From Microcystis aeruginosa NIES-843 (GTDB lineage: Bacteria; Cyanobacteriota; Cyanobacteriia; Cyanobacteriales; Microcystaceae), in the NCBI RefSeq assembly GCF_000010625.1, contig NC_010296.1, positions 4,320,001 through 4,352,000 on the forward strand: a DNA stretch of 32,000 nucleotides, written 5' to 3'. The position numbers and the translations under genes were made by a program. Each line of letters begins with the position of its first letter. Positions within the stretch are counted from its first letter, which is position 1. The notes beneath the pieces are model-generated. The model was given only the letters and a program-made list of their open reading frames with translations, was not told the DNA's origin and made no database searches. Below, piece by piece: positions 7,971-16,119 of this stretch.

Positions 7971-9749
7971 TTAAAAATGGAACTCATCCGAGGATTGAAG
8001 ATTATTAGCATTTTGAAATTGACTGAATTCTGTAAACATCTGAACAAATAAAGGAGAACCCGTAAAAGACAAAGGGGAAACCGGACCGAGAAACATAAAC
8101 GGATATTGTTTATTACTTTGAGGGTCAACAAATGATTTGTATAAGCTTAAAGCCTGTTTATCACTTACTAATTCTTCAATTTGTCTGTATTCACTACCAG
8201 AAGTTAAACCATATCCAAAAGCGTAAAGTCTTAATTGACCGACAATTTCTTTATGTAAAGATGCAATTGTTTGAGTAATAAACATATAACCCAAGCCGTA
8301 TTTTCTTGTGGTTCTTACACCATCTACAAATGTTCTTGTTAGGTTGGACATTTCACTATTATCATCATTACCAAAAGAGGATTTAACAAAGCGATGAGCT
8401 TCATCAAGACAAATTAAACAGTTTAATTTTTTATCCTCTTTAAAGGCATTTTCTCCCGCTACTTTTAAAATTGTGCTAATCTCTTTAAGAATCAGTGCTT
8501 TGATTTCCTCATTATCTGCGAAAGTTGTACCCTCACCCTTAATATCTAAAAATACAATAGGCTTTTGCTCATCACTAGCAGATTTTTGAACAATATGCCA
8601 CAATGAGCTTCTATGATTACCTTGACTATCATTTTCAAGAAATAAATCTAATACAGGTTGCCAAATTTCTTGTTGAACTCTTTTAAATTCCCTTTCATTA
8701 TCTATAAGCTCTTTAAGAGTATCTTGTAAACGCTGTCTTGGCTGAGAACTAGCATAGATCCTTTGTAGAGCATTATTATCTTGTATTAATGACTGTAAGA
8801 CATTTAATAATAAGTCATCACCACCATTTTTTAGCTCTACTTTTTGATGGGATAAAATATCTCTAATAATTCGAGATACTTCATCAGAAGCATAGTCTTG
8901 ATTTTCTTTACCTCTAACTCCAATATTTCTATAAAACTCTGTTTTTAGTAAAAGAGAGCAAAATAAATTTACAGCATTATTTTTAGTTCCTAATCTAATT
9001 TGATTAGTTAAACGATAAACTTCAACTTTTCTACCTAACTTTCGGAGCGAGTCATGCAGTTTAAAGGGCAAATCTGTCTCACTTGCAAATTGATTTTGAG
9101 GATCTATGAAAATGATGCCCATATTTTTGTGTCTAGCATAACCCAGAAGCATATAAGCGGCTAAACCAGACTTACCAGAGCCACTTTTTCCAAAAACTCC
9201 GATATGATAAGCTTCTCCTGCTCCTCCTTCTCCTCTATCAAAATGTTTTAACCAAAGAGGCATTTTAACATCAGTAGCATAAGCATTACCTAAGTAAATA
9301 ATTTGATTTTTGTATTGCTCTAAAAGCTTATCTAAAATTTCATCTCGAACTGAAATAATAGGCGTACCCGTTGCCGGGGAAGTTCCTAACGTTCCTGCGG
9401 TGATTTTTCCATCTGGCGCAATACTAAAACAAGCCTGAACGTTTAATTTAGCTGTTCTCACATCTGCTTTTTCACTAAGATGAGGAAGTGAACCTCTACG
9501 CTTAATAATACCTCTAAAGGTTAAATCTTCATGCCAGCGATTTTGAGTTTCTATCTCACTAATTTGTCCGATAACCACTAAATTTTCTTGATCTTGCGGT
9601 TGAACCAGACAGACTAACTGCCCTAAATTTCTCTTTTTCTCACTTTTTTGATTAATATCTATAATAATTTCTGTCGTGTTACTCGGTGAACCAACGCTAC
9701 CGATGTTAAATTGATCTGAGTGATTGTTGAGTTTGTCAAGTAAATCCAT
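7971..9749 (-). CDS. HerA/FtsK-superfamily ATPase (DUF87-type, HerA-like)
   Basis: 592 aa. It has an N-terminal barrel-like region, Walker A GVFGKSGSGKSG and Walker B LICLDEAHRF, followed by YMFITQT...LRLYAFG. This is the HerA architecture. Confidence 0.8.
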   Translation of the reverse strand: MDLLDKLNNHSDQFNIGSVGSPSNTTEIIIDINQKSEKKRNLGQLVCLVQPQDQENLVVIGQISEIETQNRWHEDLTFRGIIKRRGSLPHLSEKADVRTAKLNVQACFSIAPDGKITAGTLGTSPATGTPIISVRDEILDKLLEQYKNQIIYLGNAYATDVKMPLWLKHFDRGEGGAGEAYHIGVFGKSGSGKSGLAAYMLLGYARHKNMGIIFIDPQNQFASETDLPFKLHDSLRKLGRKVEVYRLTNQIRLGTKNNAVNLFCSLLLKTEFYRNIGVRGKENQDYASDEVSRIIRDILSHQKVELKNGGDDLLLNVLQSLIQDNNALQRIYASSQPRQRLQDTLKELIDNEREFKRVQQEIWQPVLDLFLENDSQGNHRSSLWHIVQKSASDEQKPIVFLDIKGEGTTFADNEEIKALILKEISTILKVAGENAFKEDKKLNCLICLDEAHRFVKSSFGNDDNSEMSNLTRTFVDGVRTTRKYGLGYMFITQTIASLHKEIVGQLRLYAFGYGLTSGSEYRQIEELVSDKQALSLYKSFVDPQSNKQYPFMFLGPVSPLSFTGSPLFVQMFTEFSQFQNANNLQSSDEFHF

Positions 9750-9780
9750 TGTCTTTTTCCTGTAATTTGATGAAGATTGA

Positions 9781-10935
9781 TTAAGTTCTGTAAGATTGGG
9801 TCAACAATTGGAGAAAGTCAGGGTTATCACTAAATTGATATTGTACCACGGCTCTTAACGCTTCTAAACCATCACTAATACTTTTAGCCATCAGATCCGC
9901 TAAATATTGAGGATAAGGTTCTTTGATCTCTGTTGAAACAACTTGTTCTTTGATAGCTTTTAATACTTTGGCTAATTCAATTTCTGTATTAGCACAGCTT
10001 TCTTTCATTTCTATCCTATAAGCTGGCGACCATTGATAAGGTTTATAATAAGTAAAATATACTTTTCGGCTTTTAGGCAAAATAATAGCTTGGTTTAAGT
10101 CCTCTTTTATCTTGTCTCGCTTACCTTGAAAATCAAATTTACCTGAAACTGAAATATATAAATCGTTCCAAACTCGCTCTGTTTTTGTGGTTTGACCCAC
10201 AGGTAACGGTTTAGTAAATTCACCGGCATTTAAAATTAATGTCATGCTGGTTTTATCGTCAAGCTTGAGGTCAAAGTTTTTTAAAACACTTAAGCCAATT
10301 TCTTGAGAAGAATCATATTTAACCATATATACTATATTGGGATTGGTCATCGCTTTTTTAAGAGAATCTATCAAGCTAAACCTATTAATGATATCCCATG
10401 TAGCTTGTTGAAAATGCGGTTCATCCAACGTTGACATACTGGTTAAGCTGTTAATTCCGATAACTGGTGTTTGATGAGAACCATCGGCAATAATCACATC
10501 ATGTGGTGTTTGACTAATAACTAATAATTCTAAAGCTGTCATCGCTCCTCTAGTCACTTTAGGATTACTCTCAGAACTGTGCGGGAGAACATCTTGCCAA
10601 TTTTTGTATTGAACTGAACCCCATTTTCGCTGATCTTCTCTAACTAATCCTTCAACACCAACACCAACTGCAATTAAAGTATCAGCACCAATAGATTTTT
10701 CAATAGCTTGTCCACCGTCAACCGCTGCAACAGAAGGAATAGGTGGGTTTTCTAAATCGTCAACTCTACAAATTAAATCATTATCATCTAAGATTTGATG
10801 CAGGGTTTTTCTTTGTTGTTGTAATTCATTGAAAAGTGGCTTGATTTTTTCTGCTATTTTAGGAGCATCTTCCAGAATGTCTTCTAGTAATTCATCTGGC
10901 AAGTTAGCATAGTTATCATTTTTATTGTTAGTCAT
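9781..10935 (-). CDS. NurA-like nuclease
   Basis: 384 aa. It carries VAAVDGG (D73) and VIIADGSH (D151), about 78 aa apart, which resembles the two catalytic Asp motifs (xDGS ... LDGS) of NurA. It sits directly upstream of the HerA gene with a 31-nt gap, the canonical NurA-HerA arrangement. Confidence 0.6.
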   Translation of the reverse strand: MTNNKNDNYANLPDELLEDILEDAPKIAEKIKPLFNELQQQRKTLHQILDDNDLICRVDDLENPPIPSVAAVDGGQAIEKSIGADTLIAVGVGVEGLVREDQRKWGSVQYKNWQDVLPHSSESNPKVTRGAMTALELLVISQTPHDVIIADGSHQTPVIGINSLTSMSTLDEPHFQQATWDIINRFSLIDSLKKAMTNPNIVYMVKYDSSQEIGLSVLKNFDLKLDDKTSMTLILNAGEFTKPLPVGQTTKTERVWNDLYISVSGKFDFQGKRDKIKEDLNQAIILPKSRKVYFTYYKPYQWSPAYRIEMKESCANTEIELAKVLKAIKEQVVSTEIKEPYPQYLADLMAKSISDGLEALRAVVQYQFSDNPDFLQLLTQSYRT

Positions 10936-11101
10936 GTTTAGAAAATCATAAAAAAATAATCTAAAGGCCAGAAAATCACGGGCTTGATATTTTTAGCTCA
11001 CGACAGAGCGTTTTGTCTGACATACCGTAAATTTACCGAACATCAAGCCAGCTTGTCAGGTTTAGCTTTTGCCCGTTGCTGAAAGCTATCAAAATTAACT
11101 A

Positions 11102-11175
11102 TGGACGTAACTGGATTCGAACCAGTGACCCCATCGATGTCAACGATGTACTCTAACCAACTGAGCTATACGTCC
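11102..11175 (-). tRNA. tRNA-Val (anticodon GAC)
   Basis: The reverse complement GGACGTATAGCTCAGTTGGTTAGAGTACATCGTTGACATCGATGGGGTCACTGGTTCGAATCCAGTTACGTCCA folds as a cloverleaf. The acceptor stem is GGACGTA/TACGTCC, the D-loop AGTTGGTTA, the anticodon stem CATCG/CGATG with loop TTGACAT, and the T-arm ACTGG-TTCGAAT-CCAGT. CCA is not encoded. Confidence 0.9.
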
Positions 11176-11221
11176 GCACGGATCGCTATTATAACACGAT
11201 TGCTCCTAATTAGGCAAGCCC

Positions 11222-12157
11222 CTAGGCAGTAAATTGATAGCCAATTAACTTATAAATTAACTTGGCAGTGGTAAATTCCGAGACCACCGAATCACTAATC
11301 GGGGCCAATTCCATCACATCGCAGCCAATCACCTGATGAGTTTGGAAAAGACGACGGAGAAAGCCTAGGGTTTGATGCCAACTTAACCCCCCCGGTTCAG
11401 GTGTTCCCACCCCCGGAATTAAAGCCGGATCTATGCCATCCACGTCTATGGTTAAAAATACCTTCTCGGTGCTAATTTTGGCGATCGCTTTTTCGATCCA
11501 ATTCGGATCACCGGCGATATCTCGATCCCAAACCACGGGAATCTGTTGTTTAGCAATTAATTCGGCTTCTTCCCGACAAATAGCCCGAATTCCCACGGGT
11601 AAGGTCGGTAAACCCATTTCTAACACCCGACGCATCACACAGGCGTGGTTATGGTGCGATCCTTCGTACTCAAAACGCATATCGCCATGGGCATCAATTT
11701 GAACCACCGTAAAAGGTTCCGATAAAGCCTGTCGGTAAGCTTGTACTACTCCCGTAGTGATAGCGTGTTCACCCCCGACGGCGACGACAAATTTATCATC
11801 GGCAATTAAACGAGAAACTGTAGCTGTGGTGACGGCTAACATCTCCTCGGCGGACAATTGCGGTTGTTGACGGGTATCGGCGATCGCATCATGGGTATAG
11901 ATGCCCACTTCTAAACAGGTTTCCCTCTTAAGTTCCTCATCATAGGCTTCCAATTGTTGGGAAGCGGTAATCACCGCCGCCGGTCCAGTTTCACAACCCT
12001 TGCGATAGGTGGTGGTGGCCTCGTAGGGAATCGGCAGGATCACGGCCTTAGCTGTGGCGTAAGTGGCGATCGCTTCACTCCCTAAAAATTGTTCGCTACC
12101 GGTGGCGCAAGACAATAACATGGGCAAGTCACAGAAAATTTTAGTCCAACTTTCCAT
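11222..12157 (-). CDS. speB: Arginase-family ureohydrolase (agmatinase/guanidine hydrolase-like)
   Basis: 311 aa with the ureohydrolase metal-binding motifs GGEHAIT, QIDAHGD, SHHNH and TIDVDGIDP. The true start may be the internal MLLSCATG Met. The symbol reflects family-level assignment only. Confidence 0.85.
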   Translation of the reverse strand: MESWTKIFCDLPMLLSCATGSEQFLGSEAIATYATAKAVILPIPYEATTTYRKGCETGPAAVITASQQLEAYDEELKRETCLEVGIYTHDAIADTRQQPQLSAEEMLAVTTATVSRLIADDKFVVAVGGEHAITTGVVQAYRQALSEPFTVVQIDAHGDMRFEYEGSHHNHACVMRRVLEMGLPTLPVGIRAICREEAELIAKQQIPVVWDRDIAGDPNWIEKAIAKISTEKVFLTIDVDGIDPALIPGVGTPEPGGLSWHQTLGFLRRLFQTHQVIGCDVMELAPISDSVVSEFTTAKLIYKLIGYQFTA

Positions 12158-12611
12158 TATAAATATTTTGACTATTTTTGTCTATCTCAACTGACCCCAA
12201 ACATATCTACTGTAATAGCAAAAAACCCTGATCCATCAATGGATACATCCCTTAACTTTTCTTGGTGTACCCGTGTTTATGGTAATATTTATCAATCGAC
12301 AGGGAGGGAGCATATTTGCTGAAACCGAGTTAGATTTATGGGGAGTTTCCTTGATTTCTACCAGGTAAGAGGGCATCAGAAATTCTCTTAATCCCTCCCA
12401 AAGCACAGGTTATGGCCTTTTGTCAAGGGGGAAGTTCAGATCTTAATTGAAAATATAAGTAGAGATTAGCGATCGCTAAATTGGAAGCCATGAGTAAATT
12501 TACTTTATATTATGACTGCGATGGTAGTTTAAAAACTCTTGAACTGCCTTTAATCCTTGTCAATTCTCTCTGCATAGCTTCAAATACTTGACATTTTTAG
12601 TATATTTGAAT

Positions 12612-12799
12612 GGTTCTTCGTTACTTGGTATGGTTCGATCAGGGGGCAGAAATCGGCTAAATCCTTATCTGGCAAGGGACTTAATTGATTAGCTCGTTCT
12701 AGATTGAAAACAATTGGCAAAAATCGCAGCCATGTCTTTCTATATAAGGGTTTCACCCCTTATAACTCCCGTCCATTGCATAACACAAACCGAAGAACC
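12612..12799. mobile_element. MITE (188 bp) derived from the ISL3 element, with 8-bp TSD
   Basis: Its termini are GGTTCTTCGTTAC... and ...CCGAAGAACC. It is flanked by the direct repeat ATTTGAAT (12604-12611 and 12800-12807). Its end, tgcataaca...ccgaagaacc, matches the IS end at 6699-6720. Confidence 0.85.
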
Positions 12800-12912
12800 A
12801 TTTGAATTACTCATTAGGGATAACTATCTGACATTAAACAGGAATCTTGACTCTTCTGGTTTCTGTGTGGAAACGAGGTCTATACTGATAGTCTATGCCG
12901 CAAAATAGTCCT

Positions 12913-13099
12913 GGCTCTTCGTTACTTGGTATGGTTCGATAGGGGGGCATAAATTGACTAAATCCTTATCTGGCAAAAGACTTAATTGATGAGTTCGCTT
13001 TAGATCAAAAACAATTGACAAAAATCGCTAAACGCCTTTCTATATAAGGGTTCCATCCCTTATAACCCCCGTCCATTGCATAACAATTACCGAAGAGCC
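12913..13099. mobile_element. MITE (187 bp), second copy of the same family, with 8-bp TSD
   Basis: Its termini are GGCTCTTCGTTAC... and ...CCGAAGAGCC. It is flanked by the direct repeat ATAGTCCT (12905-12912 and 13100-13107). It is collinear with the copy at 12612-12799 and has no coding capacity. Confidence 0.85.
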
Positions 13100-13198
13100 A
13101 TAGTCCTAAAAGTCTTGCCTGATAAGTATTTCACGATTTCATAAGCAAAAATTATCACACAAAGTCGAGAAGATCCGAATCTTCTTTACATTATGTTA

Positions 13199-13228
13199 TT
13201 GAAGGGTTTCATTTGGGAATGATATAAT
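13199..13228 (+). promoter_or_regulatory. Candidate sigma70-type promoter for the GIY-YIG/DGQHR operon
   Basis: TTGAAG (13199-13204), an 18-nt spacer, then an extended -10 TGaTATAAT ending at 13228. This lies ~64 nt upstream of the ATG at 13292. The call rests on sequence pattern only. Confidence 0.35.
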
Positions 13229-13291
13229 TGCACGGAGAGATTACAAGTTCAAAAGCGGGAATGGGCTAATTCTGAGTCTCAGCATATCATC

Positions 13292-13846
13292 ATGGAAGAA
13301 ACAGTTCACGACAATTTTTTCAAAAAATTTACTGTGGTAACAGCTACTAGATCTGCTGCAGATTATCTCCCGGAGTCATCGGGTGTTTACGCTTTCTATC
13401 ATGCGTTTGATTTTTCTGAGCATGATTTGTGTGGTAATATCAAGACTCGCTTGCAAAATACAGTGTTTAAAACAAAATTTTCTGAGAATAATGATAGAAG
13501 CAAATTTACCATAGATATCTGTGGAGAGCCAGTTAGTTTATCTCAGAATATGGAATATTTTCTTCAAGAAATTTCTCAACCAAAGGAGCGAAGAATTCTG
13601 AAAGAGTTTCTAATTTCATGTAGCATTTTACAGCATCCAGAATATATTGGCACGGCAAACAATTTAAGAATGAGATTTCTTCAACACTTGGAAAGAGAGG
13701 ATGGTTTTTTATCAAAACATGGAAATTCAAGATCGAATAACGAATTTTTGTTTATTTCCTTTCCTTGTCCGAAAAATATTTCTAGACAATTGGAAAGCTT
13801 ATTAATTCAATTATGTCAACCCAAATTCAATACTCAAAGGAGTTAA
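13292..13846 (+). CDS. GIY-YIG-superfamily nuclease-like protein with atypical insertion
   Basis: 184 aa. It shows SGVYAFY (GIY-like), then EYIGTANNLRMRFLQH (YIG, then R and H), then FLFISF...QLESLLIQLCQPKFN (catalytic Glu and terminal Asn). About 80 aa separate the GIY-like and YIG strands instead of ~10. Alternatively the true first strand is FLISCSI, just upstream of YIG. Confidence 0.55.
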   Translation: MEETVHDNFFKKFTVVTATRSAADYLPESSGVYAFYHAFDFSEHDLCGNIKTRLQNTVFKTKFSENNDRSKFTIDICGEPVSLSQNMEYFLQEISQPKERRILKEFLISCSILQHPEYIGTANNLRMRFLQHLEREDGFLSKHGNSRSNNEFLFISFPCPKNISRQLESLLIQLCQPKFNTQRS

Positions 13847-13849
13847 AAT

Positions 13850-15460
13850 ATGGAACTAGATAATCAGTCTCCAGAAACTATTGAATATAAAGCAATCACT
13901 GGTAAGTTTGGTGAAGTTAGATACTTTATAACAACCTTAGAACAAAGTGATGCAGTAGAAAACATTCGATTTGCTGACGAGATACAAGGCAGCTGGAGCT
14001 TCTCCGAAAGAGTCCAGAGAAAACTCGATGAAAAAAGAGCGGAAACAGAAATATTTTCCTACTTAGCTCAAGGGGGAATTAGGTTTTTTAATTCAATTGT
14101 AGTCGTCCTTTTGCCAAACTCAAATGAGCAACGAGAGTTCTGGGATTTTTCTACAGTTAGTAGTCAAGGTAAAACTGTAGAAAAATGGGTTAATTTAAAA
14201 CTGTACAAAAACGTTGCTAGAATTGTCATTGATGGACAACATAGATTACTTTCTCTAAAAAGATACTGGAATGCTCACACAGGCAAAGAACCATTAAATT
14301 CTCAACAGTTAAAAGATAGCTTTGATTGCTCTGAAACCTTTGATATACCAGTTGTTTACTTAGTATTTAGAGAACTTGGAAGGGTAGGCTATAGCAATGC
14401 AAGCGAAACTATTAGAGATGATATTATCAAAGCGACTCGTAATATTTTTACAGTTATAAACAAAACTGCAAAATCTATTGATAAACAAACTCAATTATTG
14501 CTAGATGACAGTAAAATATCAGCATTAATTCCCAGAAAAATTTTGGAAGAAAAAGTGCTTGAAGACAAATATGTTAAATGGTCTTCTACAAACAGTTTAA
14601 ATCAAGCAGATCCTTATCTAACTACACTAAATTTAATTAGTGAATGTACTATGGAAATTTTAAAAGACTCCCCGCAAGCTTTAAAAAAATCATTTAATTC
14701 ACCTAATGAGCGACAAATGGCTTTAAAAGATTACTATGATTCTCATCCTAATTTGTCACAAATAGGCACAAAAGCTGTACTTAATTGGTTTTTTAACGAA
14801 CTTCAACCATTTAAGGATTGGATATCACAGCTAAATTATTTAGAGGTAGATGTGCCGATTCAACCAGATCAACCGCAGCTGAAACCTAGCCAGAAAGCAG
14901 CGATAAAAAGGTTACGGCAATCCAGTATTTTATACACAGTTTTGGGACAAAAAATACTCTTTTTTGCAGTTTCGAGATATTTACTTAGAATAAGAAAAGA
15001 GTATCGGATTACCGCCACTCTTAGCGCTATCTCAGATAGTATTAAGAAAATGGATCAAGAAGGTTTTTTTCAAAGAAACCAACCACACTGGTCTAATATC
15101 ATAGTACAGCCTAATGAAAATCTGAGCATTCTTACTAAAGGTTCTGGAGCCGATAAATGTGTAGAACTTGTCAAAATAATATTATCTGATACCTCTGATG
15201 GTGTAAGAGAGCTAATAAAAAAGACCAAAGAGGAAATTAGTCCTGATGTTAACTGGAATGAACATTTAATTTCTAAATGGAAAAAAGAGTTTCATGTCAT
15301 CCTACCTAGAGTAGATTTGATTGATGAGCAACTACAAGAATCGTCTGAATCGGAGGATTTATTTTCTGAAGTTAGAGAGAAGCTAGACTCTTTTGAAGAA
15401 GAAGAAAACGAATTTGCTAAAATTGAATACGATGGGGATATTTTTCAAGAAAATGAATAA
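13850..15460 (+). CDS. DGQHR-domain protein (DndB-like, ParB/Srx fold)
   Basis: 536 aa with the exact motif VIDGQHRLLSLKRYW, followed by IFTVINKTAKSI (the F..xN..K element seen after DGQHR in DndB-type proteins). It has a strongly acidic C-terminal tail. It starts 3 nt after the upstream stop, with AGGAG inside the upstream gene's end. Confidence 0.7.
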   Translation: MELDNQSPETIEYKAITGKFGEVRYFITTLEQSDAVENIRFADEIQGSWSFSERVQRKLDEKRAETEIFSYLAQGGIRFFNSIVVVLLPNSNEQREFWDFSTVSSQGKTVEKWVNLKLYKNVARIVIDGQHRLLSLKRYWNAHTGKEPLNSQQLKDSFDCSETFDIPVVYLVFRELGRVGYSNASETIRDDIIKATRNIFTVINKTAKSIDKQTQLLLDDSKISALIPRKILEEKVLEDKYVKWSSTNSLNQADPYLTTLNLISECTMEILKDSPQALKKSFNSPNERQMALKDYYDSHPNLSQIGTKAVLNWFFNELQPFKDWISQLNYLEVDVPIQPDQPQLKPSQKAAIKRLRQSSILYTVLGQKILFFAVSRYLLRIRKEYRITATLSAISDSIKKMDQEGFFQRNQPHWSNIIVQPNENLSILTKGSGADKCVELVKIILSDTSDGVRELIKKTKEEISPDVNWNEHLISKWKKEFHVILPRVDLIDEQLQESSESEDLFSEVREKLDSFEEEENEFAKIEYDGDIFQENE

Positions 15461-15467
15461 CTGAACT

Positions 15468-15504
15468 ATTAAACGCCAAGTAATTTGAGAATAACGCAAT
15501 TGTA
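15468..15504 (-). other. 37-bp internal fragment of a HepN (DUF86) gene
   Basis: attaaacgccaagtaatttgagaataacgcaattgta matches 18344-18380 inside the HepN pseudogene with one mismatch. That region encodes QLRYSQIPWRL. The fragment starts 8 nt after the DGQHR stop codon (7-nt gap). Confidence 0.6.
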
Positions 15505-15507
15505 TCG

Positions 15508-15582
15508 GTAGGGTGCGTTCCCTAATGCAACTTCTACCGCTCCACAGATCGATTTTTGGGGAACGCACCATGCACATTGATT
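15508..15582. repeat. REP-like hairpin element (GTAGGGTGCGTTCCC...GGGGAACGCACC)
   Basis: An ~11-bp inverted repeat, GGTGCGTTCCC / GGGGAACGCACC, is separated by ~35 nt. A near-identical copy lies at 21015-21094. Confidence 0.6.
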
Positions 15583-15619
15583 GAAGTTGTAAGTCTAGGC
15601 GTTGCAGAATCAAGGTATG

Positions 15620-15724
15620 ATACTAAATCCGTTGAGTACAGGCTAGTTATGAGGAGAGGCAAAAGGCAAGAGGCAAAAGGCAAAGGGGAATAAATAATCA
15701 GTTTTTAATAACCAGATTTAGTAT
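15620..15724. repeat. Small MITE-like element (105 bp)
   Basis: Same termini and core as 3920-4027. The internal region is a heptamer run, (AGGCAAR)x4. Confidence 0.6.
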
Positions 15725-15855
15725 GAATGCCAACTGTGCATCGTATCCAAAAGTTAGTTTGGGTCTAGCGGCAAGATGTGGGCAGAGTAGTCAAGTGAAG
15801 TGTCCCATGCCTGAGCCTCACCTTGTATAGAGCCGACAAATGACTTTAGGATACA

Positions 15856-16119
15856 ATGACTGTAAAAGCTAGTAGCCAGTTGGATATATTTGTTATGGCA
15901 TTAATATCCGGTGTTGTTCACAGTGATCCCGACATTCTAGGGGGAACCCCTGTTTTTGTAGGAACTCGTGTGCCGATGAGAACCCTACTTGATTATCTTG
16001 AGGCTGGTGATTCATTAGAGGTATTTCTAGACCATTTTCCCAGTGTCAGTCGAGAACAGGCGATCTCAGCCCTTGAATTAGCAAAGGAAATGTTGACAGC
16101 CTATGCGAATCCTGCTTGA
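15856..16119 (+). CDS. DUF433-family antitoxin-like protein
   Basis: DPDILGGTPVFVGTRVPMRTLLDYLEAGDSLEVFLDHFPSVSREQAISALE is the typical DUF433 core. The start may be the ATG at 15895. It overlaps the next gene by 17 nt. Confidence 0.8.
   Translation: MTVKASSQLDIFVMALISGVVHSDPDILGGTPVFVGTRVPMRTLLDYLEAGDSLEVFLDHFPSVSREQAISALELAKEMLTAYANPA

Noticed and set aside
10936-11101. Search for att-like direct repeat of the tRNA-Val 3' end and for an integrase, to define a classical tRNA-integrated island
   Set aside because: No copy of the tRNA 3' segment (ggattcgaacc...) was found by eye in 5108-6897 or elsewhere. No integrase or recombinase ORF exists in the window, so the classical model is unsupported here.
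10936-11101. Promoter call for the NurA/HerA/DUF4338 operon
   Set aside because: Only weak -35/-10 candidates (for example CTGACA-17-GTAAAT on the minus strand) were seen. They are not convincing enough to annotate.
11433-11702. ORF 11433-11702 (+) and its twin 16433-16657 (+)
   Set aside because: They are antisense shadows within the ureohydrolase gene and its duplicate, and recur only because the underlying DNA is duplicated.
12714-12908. ORF 12714-12908 (+, 64 aa)
   Set aside because: It starts inside MITE 1 and runs into the inter-MITE spacer. It has no RBS or family resemblance and is an artefact of repeat sequence.
15383-15613. ORF 15383-15613 (-, 76 aa)
   Set aside because: It runs across the HepN scrap and REP-like element and is antisense to the DGQHR tail. 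Only the 12-aa QLRYSQI.WRL stretch is meaningful, and that is a gene fragment.
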